This document shows positions 1 to 11,500 of a stretch of 42,629 nt of DNA, one piece after another. Position numbers and translations under genes: made by a program. The notes beneath the pieces were generated by a model, which saw only the letters and a program-made list of their open reading frames with translations, was not told the DNA's origin and made no database searches. Origin of the DNA: Spirogloea muscicola (taxonomy: Eukaryota); contig WELB01000002.1 in assembly GCA_009602725.1 (NCBI GenBank), forward strand, positions 768,546 through 811,174, read 5' to 3'. Each line of letters opens with the position of its first letter. The stretch's first letter is position 1.

Positions 1-180
1 CGCGCCACGTCAGCGCCCGGCGGCCGTGCGGCGGGGCTCGGGCGCCCGTGCGGGCGCCGCTCGTGCGCCACCTCAGCGCCGCCTCCGCCCGGCTTGCCAC
101 CACACCCGTTCGTGCCGTTTCCAGAACCTCGTGTCTTTCCATTTCGGCTTTTCAGCGCCCTTTCGGCCCTTTATCTTGAA

Positions 181-700
181 AGGGCTCGCCCATTGAGGAT
201 AGGGGCTGGACCCTTTATCACCTTGCTTGTTCATTCTGGGCTCGTCATTTACAGCCCCCGCCCCCTCTGGCCTCTCGCAGCCATCGCCGTGCATTGGATG
301 GAGCTGTTTCCTCTGGCAGAGCTCACTTCTAGGCTGGCTTTTCACAGCCCGCCCGCTTTAAAAAGAGCTCATGTCTTGTACCTTCTTCCAGAAGACGGTA
401 ACAGGTCTAGACACTGAGACCCGTGAGTGCAAGTAAGCTTATCCAAGTTTCTTTTGAATTCTTTTGCCCCTCCGGCCCTTTTATTTTTCGGACATTGTCT
501 TTCTGGGCTGGCTTTTTCTTAGGGCGAGCACTTTCTTTCAGACCTCGGGCGAGCCTTTTGCTTCAGACCTTGTTCATACCTTTGGGCTGGCGAATTCAGC
601 CATCTCCCTCTAGTGGAGGAGTCTTTCGTCTCAAATGGGCAAGGGCCCCCAAAAGCCAGCCCGAAAAGAACGGACCGAGTGAGAGGCTAGCCCAGAAGGG
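181..700. repeat. Cluster of GGGCTGGC...CAGCCC hairpin / retroelement 3'-tail remnants, both orientations
   Basis: 181-210 is the reverse complement of the tail at 3968-3998 (tccagcccctatcctcaatgggcgagccct). Forward motif copies at ~331, 504 and 583; reverse copies at ~651 and 685. Confidence 0.75.
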
Positions 701-2017
701 TCTCCCAGAAAGGGTCGATAGTTGCAAAAGATATACCTCTGCTCTACTGGAAGAGTATTCTCGCCGTCTACGAAGTAAAGCCTTCTCCAGGGAACGGAGG
801 GCTGTGGAAGGCCAAGGGAGAAGGTCTGAGGGTGCCGGAAAGGTACTGCTCTTGCGTAAGGAAGGCTCTCAGAGGCCAACCGAAAAATATGGCGAAGGTC
901 TGACAACAGTGCCTATCGTCGACTCCTCTCGTAGACCACGTCAGGGCCAGCGTGAGAGGAGCTGTGGTATACGCCTCTGGAGGCTCTGTTGCAGACTTGT
1001 TCCGCGCCTCAGCAGGCTAAGGTGAAACAGAAGACTTCTGCTTACTGCCGCATGGTCAATGCTTCAACTTCTGTCACTCAATGTCGGCTGGCAACTGTCC
1101 CTCATTTTGGAACGTGACAAGGCTTGAACAGGTGCTTGCCAATTGCCACAAGGTCCAGTGCCCCTCTCACTAAAGTGCGCTGCAGAGAGCAGACGGAGCA
1201 GCATAGCCAGAGCCTTGTACAAGCTGGAGGGCCATGCTTCGTCAGAGCCGTGACTACCACGTTCCATTTCACTCCCACATCCTCGCCATAATATACACAA
1301 CAGCCAAATTGGTCACAGACTGTTGCCGTGGTAACAGCGCACTCGCCACCTCAATGTCCGCTATTGACCCCTTCACCAACTCGTCCTTGGCTGCCTAACC
1401 CTTTAGACTCTCTCTGGAGTAGGCCGCAGGATTGATGGCAAGCTTTGACATGACAGTGCAATCATATAATCTAGTCTCTAATCTAGGTCCACAAACCGCA
1501 TGCGGCTAGAAAGCAGCACCAGCAAACAAGCTTTCATTGACCACGGAAGGCGTCATTGACCGTGCTTAATAAGCGGAGGTCACATTGCAAGAGCCAAAGC
1601 ATTGCAAATCCACCTTGTGAGTAAATCATGCCATCGCTACCTTTCTTAGCAGGGAGTCTATCGACACCATTTGTTCTCGCAAGAGCAGGAAGCAATGTGA
1701 CAAAGACGAGCCTCATGTGACGCAATTGAATAGAGCGAAGCTTCAGTAAGACTGCAGCACTCTCTTGCGTCGAGGCCGTTGCCATTTGGGCCCAAACAGC
1801 GGCGTGTCACAGCACTGGAGGATGCGACTGAGGAGCGTCACCGACTCCGCCTTGTCCTCATGCTCCGCCTGCAAGAGTCACATCGGCCCACAAGCACCAT
1901 AGAAGCCGTCAACACAGGATGCGATTGCTTCATCAAGTATGAGAAAATTTCACTATAAGTTTGGCGGTTATGGTTTCAATCATCAAGGTCTGGCTTTTGA
2001 TTTCTAAAATTGCCTAC

Positions 2018-3453
2018 TTAGACATAATACAGTCCCAGGTAAGGCATTCGAAGAGGCTTGGAATGAATGGCCCCTTCAGCTATACTGACACTTCTCCAAT
2101 TAAGAGTGTGCTTCTTGCTCACCCCCTCAGCTCCATCCATGTGTTCCAATGTAGGGGCTGAACTAGCTTCAGCATTACATGTAGTAAGAGGCGTCGCCTC
2201 TTTGTTAAGACTGCACCCCTCCTCCTGAGACATCTCAATATCAGTTTGAACAGTGCCGAGCTGTCCTCGACCTGCCGCCTTCCTGCTTGACAAGGTGTTC
2301 CTCATCCCCTCCCCTGCTCTGGGCCCACTCCCTGTTTCTGCAAGATCAAGCTTTTTCTCTGCTCCTCCACTTATGCACTGCTCAGCTGTTGCGATGCTGG
2401 CTATGGCCGAAGGCAATTTTGGCTGAGGCGCTAGCATTTCAGTCGACCCAAAAGCTGCCAAGGAGTGCTTCAGAACTTTTGCATTGGATGAAGTCCTTGC
2501 AGGAACAGAGGTTGCAGAAGACTTCTTAAAAGCGGCGTCAGCTTCTGCTCGCCGCTCCCAGTCCGAGATGAGTGGATGCAGGCTATCTACACTCGCCAAT
2601 AAGCCCGGCTTAAGTTTGCTGCTGCCATTGGAGGTCTGGCCCTCCCAGAAGCTCACCAGGCTGGAAACATGTACAGCACTCCTGTCCTCATCCCTCTCTT
2701 GGCGTGTACGAGCCAAGACTTCATGCTGCTGATCAGCACCATTTTTGCCAGCTTCTTCAAGGTCCTGTCTTTGCACCATGTGGGGGCCTGCCAAGAGAGG
2801 GACTGTCTGCGTAGGGCCACTGGTCATGGAGGTTGCGGCTGTCCTCCTAGCCGTCCAGCTCCAAAGTCTTTGATGCAACCAAACCCTCCGATTGCTAGCA
2901 TTGGCCAAGGGGAGCGTGCCACAGAGCGAAGTGTTGAGGTTGAGGTTGGATGTTCATCAATAAGAGCAATGCTGGAGCAATGCTGGAGACAGGGAAATAT
3001 ACAGGCTCGGTCAGTGGCCATGCAAAATGACCAATTGTGGCACGCAAAGCAAGTGCTTAGTCAACAGACTTATGGTGTGCTACCTGTTGCCGCCGTTCGC
3101 GTGCTGACATTTATAACATTCGTGCAGCACAACTTCAGATTTCTGTGGAAGGTACTGCTGCAGGAGGTATCAGTTTGCAGCTCTTCTGCACCTTGTTGTG
3201 AGAGCGGATCCTCGCAAAAGTGTGCATTGATAGGTATTGCCTCCATGAGACCAGCGTAAGATGCCTTGTGGCAGGTCCCTGCAGCTTTGTCGTTGTTCGC
3301 GCTTTCTTGACCTGTGCGGCCGAAATGCCACGACAGCAGAGTCAGCGCAAGCTTTCGACCAGTCGGCGGCCACGAGGTCGACTGGGGCTCTGCTAGCACC
3401 TCAGAGTCTTCAGCACGCTGTGGCAGAAGCCTGAGTAGACCTGCCCAAGGCAC
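2018..3453 (-). CDS. Possible spliced hypothetical protein (low-complexity, no recognised domain); 5' end unresolved
   Basis: The 296-aa ORF 2018-2908 and ORF 3070-3453 join in phase through a GT-AG intron 3083..2788 (ACA G|gtagca ... ttggcag|GC CCC CAC ATG). No in-frame ATG found upstream and no family recognised. Confidence 0.3.
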
Positions 3454-3934
3454 TGCGGCGCGACGACCAGGTGGCGCTGGGACCCAGCGTCTTCGAGAGC
3501 ACCCACTGCTGATAATGCGTCGCCTGGCCAGTCAATGCAGCGCTCTGAGCCTCGGCAGCTCCGAGGCCGTGCTCCTCGTCCCCTGCGCGTGGCGGCTCTC
3601 TGGGTAGCCGACGACCCAGAGAGCCGCCTAAAGCGGCAAATGACTTATCGCCTTACTAATGCGAGACAGGTACCGCTCGTCTGGGGCGTCGTTCCACTTA
3701 TGCGCGGCGCTCACATTCTGCTTACACCGTCGAAGAGAGGGAGAGAGATTGCGCGCGGTGCGCACAGGGAGGGTGGCCTGGCCAAAGCAAGCCAGCACAC
3801 TATTTGTGAAGATCACAAAAAGTTGAAGAGGGGCTAAGGTCACACGAAAACTACAACTGAAAATGGGACTCTTGTATCCACGATTGAGCACATACTTATC
3901 TGCGAGATAAGACTGGTGCCGGAGCACCATTGCC

Positions 3935-4022
3935 CCCATCGTACTTTGTTCATTTTTGGGCTGGCTTTTCCAGCCCCTATCCTCAATGGGCGAGCCCTTC
4001 TTATTGGGAGTGCCACTTCTTC
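3935..4022 (+). mobile_element. Retroelement 3' tail (type A) followed by the remnant of a type B tail
   Basis: cgtactttgttcatttttgggctggcttttccagcccctatcctcaatgggcgagcccttct is near-identical to 4801-4865 and to the reverse copy at 37621-37690. It is followed by attgggagtgccacttct, which matches 29239-29256. Confidence 0.75.
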
Positions 4023-4429
4023 TTCACTCCGGGGTTGGATCTCCGACACCAGGGTTGCGAGTCGTGAGTCCGGGGCCTCCCACCGTACTTGGCGTTAGGG
4101 GGTGTAGCAAATTTAAGGGGTGTAGCAAATTTACTCGCACCGTTTAGGATTTATCGATTGGCGACCTTTATGTTTTGACCCGCGGTTACTGAGCGGGTCA
4201 TTTTGCTGTAGGTTATATAGGTCTTAGATATAGGTCTTAGAGCTTGCCTTTGTACTTGGCCATTTGGCCTTCGTTTGTTTCAAATACACGAATTTTCGCG
4301 TTTAGGAGGAGTCCCAACGGTAGAGATGACACGATCATGTAAGGTTACCGGCACCGTTGGCACTCCCAGACGGAGGGAACGTTACAAGCTGTGCCCTTGC
4401 TGCCGCCTCCAGCTGTGGCAGGGGGAGTG

Positions 4430-4866
4430 CTATTCAGTTGGCCATAGACACCCATGGGGCGCTGGGCGCTCGGTGGCTCGAGATGCTCACCCAGCTCGCC
4501 CGCCACACCATCGCCCGTCGCTTCCATGGGGAGCCTGTAGACTTCCCTGCAGCAGGGTCGCTGGCGCAATTGTATCGCATGCGCCTGGCCGTCTCGCTGC
4601 AGCGGTCGATGGCCTGTGCGCTGCACCTTCGTGCCGGCCGGGCTCTTGCTGCTGCCTCTGGCTCTGGCCAGGGGACCCACTTTCAGGACCCTAGCCTCTC
4701 TGATTTGCGGCTGCTTAGCAGGGGTTACTGAGTGATTTGCAGCTGCTTTCTTTCTTTGTGTGCTTTGTTTACTTAGCGCTTCCTCTGCCCCCCCCCTTCT
4801 CGTACTTTGTTCATTCTTTTTTGGGCTGGCTTTTCCAGCCCCTATCCTCAATGGGCGAGCCCCCTC
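4430..4866 (+). mobile_element. 5'-truncated CRE-like (restriction-like endonuclease) non-LTR retrotransposon: ORF C-terminus plus 3' UTR
   Basis: LAIDTHGALGARWLEMLTQLARHTIARRFHGE...LAQLYRMRLAVSLQRSMACALHLRAGR...SLSDLRLLSRGY* (stop at 4731) fits the RLE C-terminal pattern P.A.(D/E)T.G..G...LA...RL(S/A)V.LQR. Homologous copy at 37848-38164; conserved hairpin tail at 4819-4866. Confidence 0.7.
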
Positions 4867-4944
4867 CCTATTCAGTGCCCTCTCCTGGAAGCGTCCATCT
4901 CCTGTCCAGACGTTGTACGATCCTTGGGGCAGCTTGGGGCATGA

Positions 4945-5330
4945 GAAAGTAAGCTTTTTCAAAGGGGGCGGGCGGGGGCTGTGAAAAGAATGTGAGCTTT
5001 GCAAGAGAGAAGTGACATGAAATGAGAGAGAGGCCAATTCAAGCCAATACATTGTTCAGGCAGAGTCGAGTGCAAACGAAACAAGGCTACATTATACGGA
5101 AAGGGGGCGGGGGCTGTGAAGCCAGCCCAGAAAGAATGGACTTGTACCAAACAGGGGAGAAAAACTATACCAATATAGGGCGATGGCTGTGATTAGTCAG
5201 CCCAAGACTAAGAAATAAAATAGTTCGAAGGGTCCAGAAAAGCGCTAAAGCACACAGCGACTCAAGTGGCCACTGGGTGTTCAACAGCTCCAGGTTTGAT
5301 TCAAAGGGCCGAAAGGCGCTAAAACCACAC
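4945..5330 (-). repeat. Reverse-oriented degenerate tail/hairpin copies upstream of APC2
   Basis: gggggctgtgaaaag (~4975), gggggctgtgaagccagccc (~5110), gggcgatggctgtgattagtcagccc (~5177). aaagggccgaaaggcgctaaaa (~5303) is the reverse of 147-172. Confidence 0.65.
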
Positions 5331-5581
5331 AGCTATAGGGCTCGACGGACTCCTACAGAAGCTGCACAAGTATTGAATTTCCAATTGTCGGACTACCGAC
5401 GAGGGTCCAGGGGTTCAGGGTCGCCGCTCAGCTCCTCGACGTCGGGCGCAAGGGGCTTTGGATTGGCGGGGGTTGGCCGTCAGCCTCGGCTGCCGTCAGG
5501 CTGACGCACCTGGCAGGCGCCAAAATGCAACATAAACAGAAAGCTCCAGTTGCAACTGCCGTCAGCAACGCCCCCCGCGCC

Positions 5582-8500
5582 ATGGGCGCCGCGGAACGCG
5601 GCGGCGGCGGCGGCGCCAGTGGCTTTGGTCGTGGCGAGAGCGCCACGCCGGACGCTGCCGCGACGGAAGCCGTGACGGATGCGTGGGCCGGCTTCGTGGA
5701 GGTGCGCCAGAGCACGACGGATCCCCCACTCCCCAGCTGCCTGAGCGGCGGCTCCTTCGCCAGCCCGCCGTCTCGCGGCCACGATCAGCTGAAAGCCCGC
5801 GTGCCCGGAACAAGCCTCGCCCAGAGGCTGGGCTCCTGCGAGCCCAGGGTGCCTTCATCAGAGCTCGGCAGGGTTGGACCAGGCGCGGCTCAGCCAGCTC
5901 GCTCGGTGGAGTCTCCTGCTGGGTCCCACTTCCTCGTGAGCTCAAGCTGACCGGCTCGCTCCTCCTGTTACCGCCTGCACCGCAGCGGCTCGACCACCCG
6001 CGCCCGGAGGAGCTGCGCATCCTTTGCCGGCATGGCCTTGCCCCCTTGGTCGCGAGCTACTTCATTGGAGAGCTCCAGGTTACAAACCTCTGAACATTGA
6101 CTTCCTGAATCTTGGTTCTCGAGAATGTATCGTGGAATCTTCCCTCATTCTTACGGTCCAAAGTCTCAGGTTGACTTCAGATCTGCCTCTTCTAGACACC
6201 TTCACTGACCTCGTAGTAAGTGAATTCGGTTGATAATTCATACAAGTCGGCTTGCTCAGACTCTTCTGCAAAGCAAAAGCGCAACCAATATAGGACAGCT
6301 AGCTACTGTCATTTCCATCTTCCAAGGGCACTGCCAAAAGCGGAGGCTAAACAAGAGCAGCACAGGGCCTCTGATTGTATGAGCATGGTCGAGCTTCTGA
6401 TGACAAGGATATCCAAGTGGCCTGTGCTATTGCCTCTCTGAGAACCACATGACCGCACAGCCCTTGACATATCGCGAGTAGACCCAGAGGAGAAACATTA
6501 TGGTGTCTCTTGTTCTGTGCTATATACATGCACTGCCAGTACTTGGTCCTGAGGTCTTGTGATGCTCAAGCTCCGTGCAGATAACTCATAGCTGACAAAG
6601 CATGCGGCTGGCAGAAGGAGCTCCAAGAGCAATACATGGTGCCCTTCTGGCGCTCTGTGGAGAGCTTGGCAAGCCTCGTCAAGCAGGCGGATGCACAGGT
6701 AAGGCCTGAGGTCCCTGCACTGTGGTGATGAGCCAAATGAACAGCACATCTGAACAGGGGTCTACTGCTCCATATTTGTGCCAGTGCAGTGGCACCCATG
6801 CCACTCGTACTGGGTGGTCCTATAAGGTCCTCAAGCTCTAGATCACTAAGAGCTCACAATGCTAGTTCTAAGCTTATGCACTATTTGCTCCAGAGTAAGA
6901 TACAACACAAAATAGGCCATACACGTGAAGCACGCCAGCTGTGAAATGCCAGCCCTGTTGCCCTCCTCCTGTCTCAAAACACCCAAAGGTTGACTGTTGC
7001 AATTGCTCCTGCGCTGCAGGTCGATCGGCTTGTAGAAGCGGGACTGGTGGAAGCTCTGGAAGTCGTTTGCACCGCGAGAACTGCGCAGGAGCGTCGCGTT
7101 GCAAGGCTAGACTCTCTGCTGAGCGAATTTACGCTTGGCGATCAATGGCAAGAGTGCAGCAGAGAGGGAACCTTAGCCTTGTACCCCAAAGGCCTCCTAC
7201 GGCAGTACCAGACCTCTGCTGCTGCTACCGCCCTACGTTGTGCACCACTGCACCTCTCAGGTTCACAATCGTCAGCAGAACCTGCCAACAGAACCTGCTT
7301 ATTTCCGAACAGGGATTTGCAGAACGGCCCCAACCGTTGCTACAATGACGGTCATGTGCAGCTTTGTCTCCAAGATGGTTCCATGGTTCCAAGAGTGTGA
7401 CTCTCAACATTGACTTTGAGTGGTGGTTCTTGCTGTGAAAGTACAGCTGTCCTGAAGACATACTTCAGGGCGCAGCTGCAGGAGCTTCACAAGGCAGTTC
7501 AGAAGAGGCGAATGCTGCACAAGGGCAGCTCGATGGATACTGAGTTGGAAGGCAGCAGTGACGGTGAAGCCTCGCCAGACGCCTTTGGCAGCAAAGCGAG
7601 GATGGCTGACACGGGACTTGCATGCACTACACCGGGGCTCCCATCCGCTAATCAAGACATGGACGAGGAAAGAGCCGAGGACTTGCTTTCAGCTGTTGAG
7701 CGTCAGCCTGGGCACGAGTGTGAAGATAGTGAGCAAGAGGAAACCATACCAGATGCCAAAGACTTTGGACTCTTGGGTATTTTTGTATGTGAAGAGAACG
7801 ATGAGAGACTACCTCAAATAGGTATCGTTTCGGAATGGCATCTTGGACTTGTCATGTATACTTTCCTGAAAGTCAAAGAGTCAAGAGCCAGGACTTTGAC
7901 TGAAGTGCAGTCTGGGATGAGGGTGCAAAGCATGGGGCATTAAATTACGGAGGTCATCCTCTTATTGGAGAAGCCTCTCACATCAAGATTGACCATCCTG
8001 GGTAACTGTGACAGATGTTTCCAGGCCGAATGAGGATGAGAGAGACTCCATGGAAGTGGTGCAGGTAGCACCAGAAGATGGTGGTGGGCAAGAGCTGCGG
8101 AGAAAGTCTGACATGCAAGCATTGCAAAAGAAAGTTGACGAAGTGGTCACAACAATGGGGCCCTTGTGGGTCTCCAAGCTGAGCCAGGTTGTTCATTGGC
8201 TGCGGGCTTTGGGTCTGGCCTCTCTGAGCGAGTCAGCATCAGGCTCGGTCATCGTCGACCAGCTCAATGTCAGTACACCACTTCTCCTCTCGTCCTTTCC
8301 GTATGCATCAACGCTCAGCATCAAGGCGTAGCTTTGACCAGCATGTACAGTCAGCCACTTATATGATGCCTGTAGTGCATTTGTCGCGCCCCAGAGCTGG
8401 TTGCCTTGCTGGGGTTGCCGATGCAATCATATAGCTTGACTGTGGCACAGGCATTGCTCACCATAGACTTCGTGCTGCCGTGCTCATAGCACTATGTCAA

Positions 8501-11500
8501 GATGGTGGCAGCAGGCTCCTACGAACAGCATGTTCTGCGGACAATATGGAGATTGGTCGCAGTGAGTCAAGCTCCATCCTTCCAATCACACAGTTGTGGT
8601 TTCTCAGTGACACTTCTGCTGCTGGCAGTCATGTCCGCCTGGCATGCCTGACAGCTTCTTGACGGTGACTTTGCATTAGCCGTTCCAGTGACGTTTCTGC
8701 TGCACACTGAAGTCCTATTGGCAACTTTGAATGTCTAATGTCTAATCCTGTCCGGGGATTGTCAATAGCTTGTATCATGGATCTATGGATCAGGGATTGC
8801 AGGATGCATGGGCAGGGATCTGTCCTCTCTGATGGTCAGCGCCTGCTCCCACCAGGAGGTGCTCCTTGGATACCTGTCCATCATCCTGCCACCATCTTCT
8901 GCACTGGCACCTGATGCCCAGCTCTCCCTGGGTTTGTCCTCAAGAGAGGAGGAACTTCGTGAGCCTCTTCCACTGAGCTTCTCTGCAGCAGAGCAAGCAG
9001 CAAGGGCAAAGGCACTGACAGAGTGGAAGGTCCAGTTGGCGTATATGATCTACCAGTCGCTCGGCGACCTTCGAGTCGCCGAGCTCTTTGACATTATCGT
9101 GGACTATCCCGACAGGTTTGCCTCCCAACATGAAGGCCGTCGGTTTGCCTGCCTCTTGCAACTTGTGTCAATGCTTGCCTCAGACACTGTCCTTGACCTG
9201 GCGTCCTCCCTGCAACTTGTAGAGGCTACTAGATAGGTCAACTAAGTCAAGGTGCCCTGTATCTCCTTCTCCCTGCTCATCACCTACTTCGTTGCTTCTT
9301 GTCACATTCTTGAGCTAGTGGAGTGTGCATAACGTTCTGACCATGTTCATATTCTTCTGCAGCCTTCCGGCAATTGAAGACCTTCGCACCTGTCTACAGC
9401 AGATGGAGCGGCAGTCTCACCTGGTGTCCTCCTTCCGAGCAGCTCTTGCGAATCGGCTGCTGACAGCGGGCGCATCTACAGCTGACATCCTTCACCACTA
9501 CGTGTCCACCATCAGAAGCCTGAGAGCTTTGGACAGGACAGGCGTCCTCCTTGAGGCTGTCGGCCACCCAATCAAGTGCTACTTGAGGAGGAGAAAGTAA
9601 ACCCTACAAGTCCTTCTCTTCGGACTTGTTGCTCTCACTGAGCTCATCTTAGAATGCCATGCAACTTGCTGCAAAAATACTGTGCATGATCTGAGAGCTT
9701 TTGCTTGTGCGCAGAGACACAGTTAGGTGCATAATGTCAATGCTGACGGACGATTCTGGAGATGCCGGAGGAGGCGGCGCATCCGGGGGTGTGAGCCTGT
9801 ACGGAGAGCTGGGGAAGGTTCCTGAAGATGCTCAGGGCAATCATCACGATGATGCAAGCATTGCGAGAGGCGACACAGGGGTGGATAGTCTTGAGGCAGA
9901 CATGCTGTAAGGCCATTCGAATCTCTACAAACTGCAGATGGACGTTAGTGACTACTTGTGCTGACCACATAATCTTCCACGCCTGTTCACCAGACGTCAG
10001 TGGTGCGTACTTTCTGACCCAATCAGAAACTTGGGTTTGAGTATTTGAGATCCCTTCCAGATATGTATTGCTGCAGTTGGGAACCTGATCCTATGGAGGC
10101 GGACCCCGCTCCAGCCAGCAGGAGGAGGAGATTGTTGGATACTATTGGTTTGCTAATAGGAATTGTTGGCTCCAGGGAAGTCTTTGTCAACGAGCACCGA
10201 GTCATGCTCGCTGACAAGCTGCTGAATAAGCTTGACAATGACACCAACAGGGAGGTCCGCACCCTGGAGCTGCTGAAGGTTCGAACTTCAACACCTTCAC
10301 AAGCTCTAGTCAAAGTCCAATGCAACTTAAATATAGATATCACATTCAAGAAGCCAGTCAAGCCCAAATTCTGCATCCTTCTTGCCTCTGTGTAACTTTA
10401 ACACCTAAATACATGGCATGTTAGTATTCCTCCTGTGCATGATTGATGATAACATGATAACCTGATTTACTGCGCTTGCATGTTGCCCACGCAGCTGCGC
10501 TTTGGAGAGAGCAACCTGCGCAACTGCGAGGTGATGCTGCGGGACGTGGCAGACTCCAAGCGCATCAACGCGAACATCAAGCAGAGGGCAGCTGCTGCTG
10601 CGATGTCCACGCCCGCCGCTGCATCCGGGCTTGCGGCTGTAGGCTTGTCTACAGGGCGGAGCAGAGGCCCGCAGCTCCAGAGGCCTGACACCGTGCGAGA
10701 GAGACCCCGGGCTCACGTCCCAAGGCTGCGGCCCCAGCAGTTGAGCTCACCGGACGGAGGTGGCGGCCAGGTGCCAGGCAGCCCTCCCGCTGTGCAGCTG
10801 GAGCAGATGTCGCCGGCCGGCACCTCCCAGGCGACGCTGGCGGCTCTGCGGGCCCGGATGATGGTGCTGAGGGACGCCGCAGTCAGGGGAGCCGCCGCCA
10901 CCCCGCCACAGGGCTTAGCGCCGCAGCCTCCGCCACAGGCACTGCACCAGGAGGAGGATGCTGAGCCCCTGGATGTGCTCCAGGCGACCATTGTTTCGGC
11001 CCTCTTCTGGCCCCCATTTCAGGTTATCATTGTGCTTAAGGAAATGCTTAAGAAGGCTGTAGTGTAAGAGCTTGTTGAATGGGTTCTCTCAATAGATTGT
11101 TTCATTTGAGATCGTGAAGGAAGGTAATTATTGTGCGTAAGGAAATGCTTAGAAAGACAATAGTGTAAGAGCTTGTAAATCGATTCTCTCTGAAATGGTA
11201 GTAGTGACCTGAGCGAGTCTTCTCTTGGCGGCTCACAATGTCAGGAGGAGAGCATGATTTTGCCTCCTGCAGTGGAGCGGATGCTGCAGGCTTACGCAGT
11301 TCATTATCACGCACTTAGAGATCCGCGTAAGCTCATTTGGAAGAAGCACCTCGGCTCTGTCAGAGTAAGAATCCTTGTGCACATTGCAAGTAATTATAGA
11401 GTTGCTGAACAGAGGTCCAAAGCAGCTGAATCGTTTTAAGATCCCGTGTATTCAATCACTTAAGTTGTGTGAGAATTAGCAGACCTTTGGTATGCTTGGA

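Noticed and set aside
4338..4386. TGTAAG…GTTACA mini inverted ends as an LTR remnant
   Set aside because: Only ~50 bp, with no target-site duplication, PBS or PPT.
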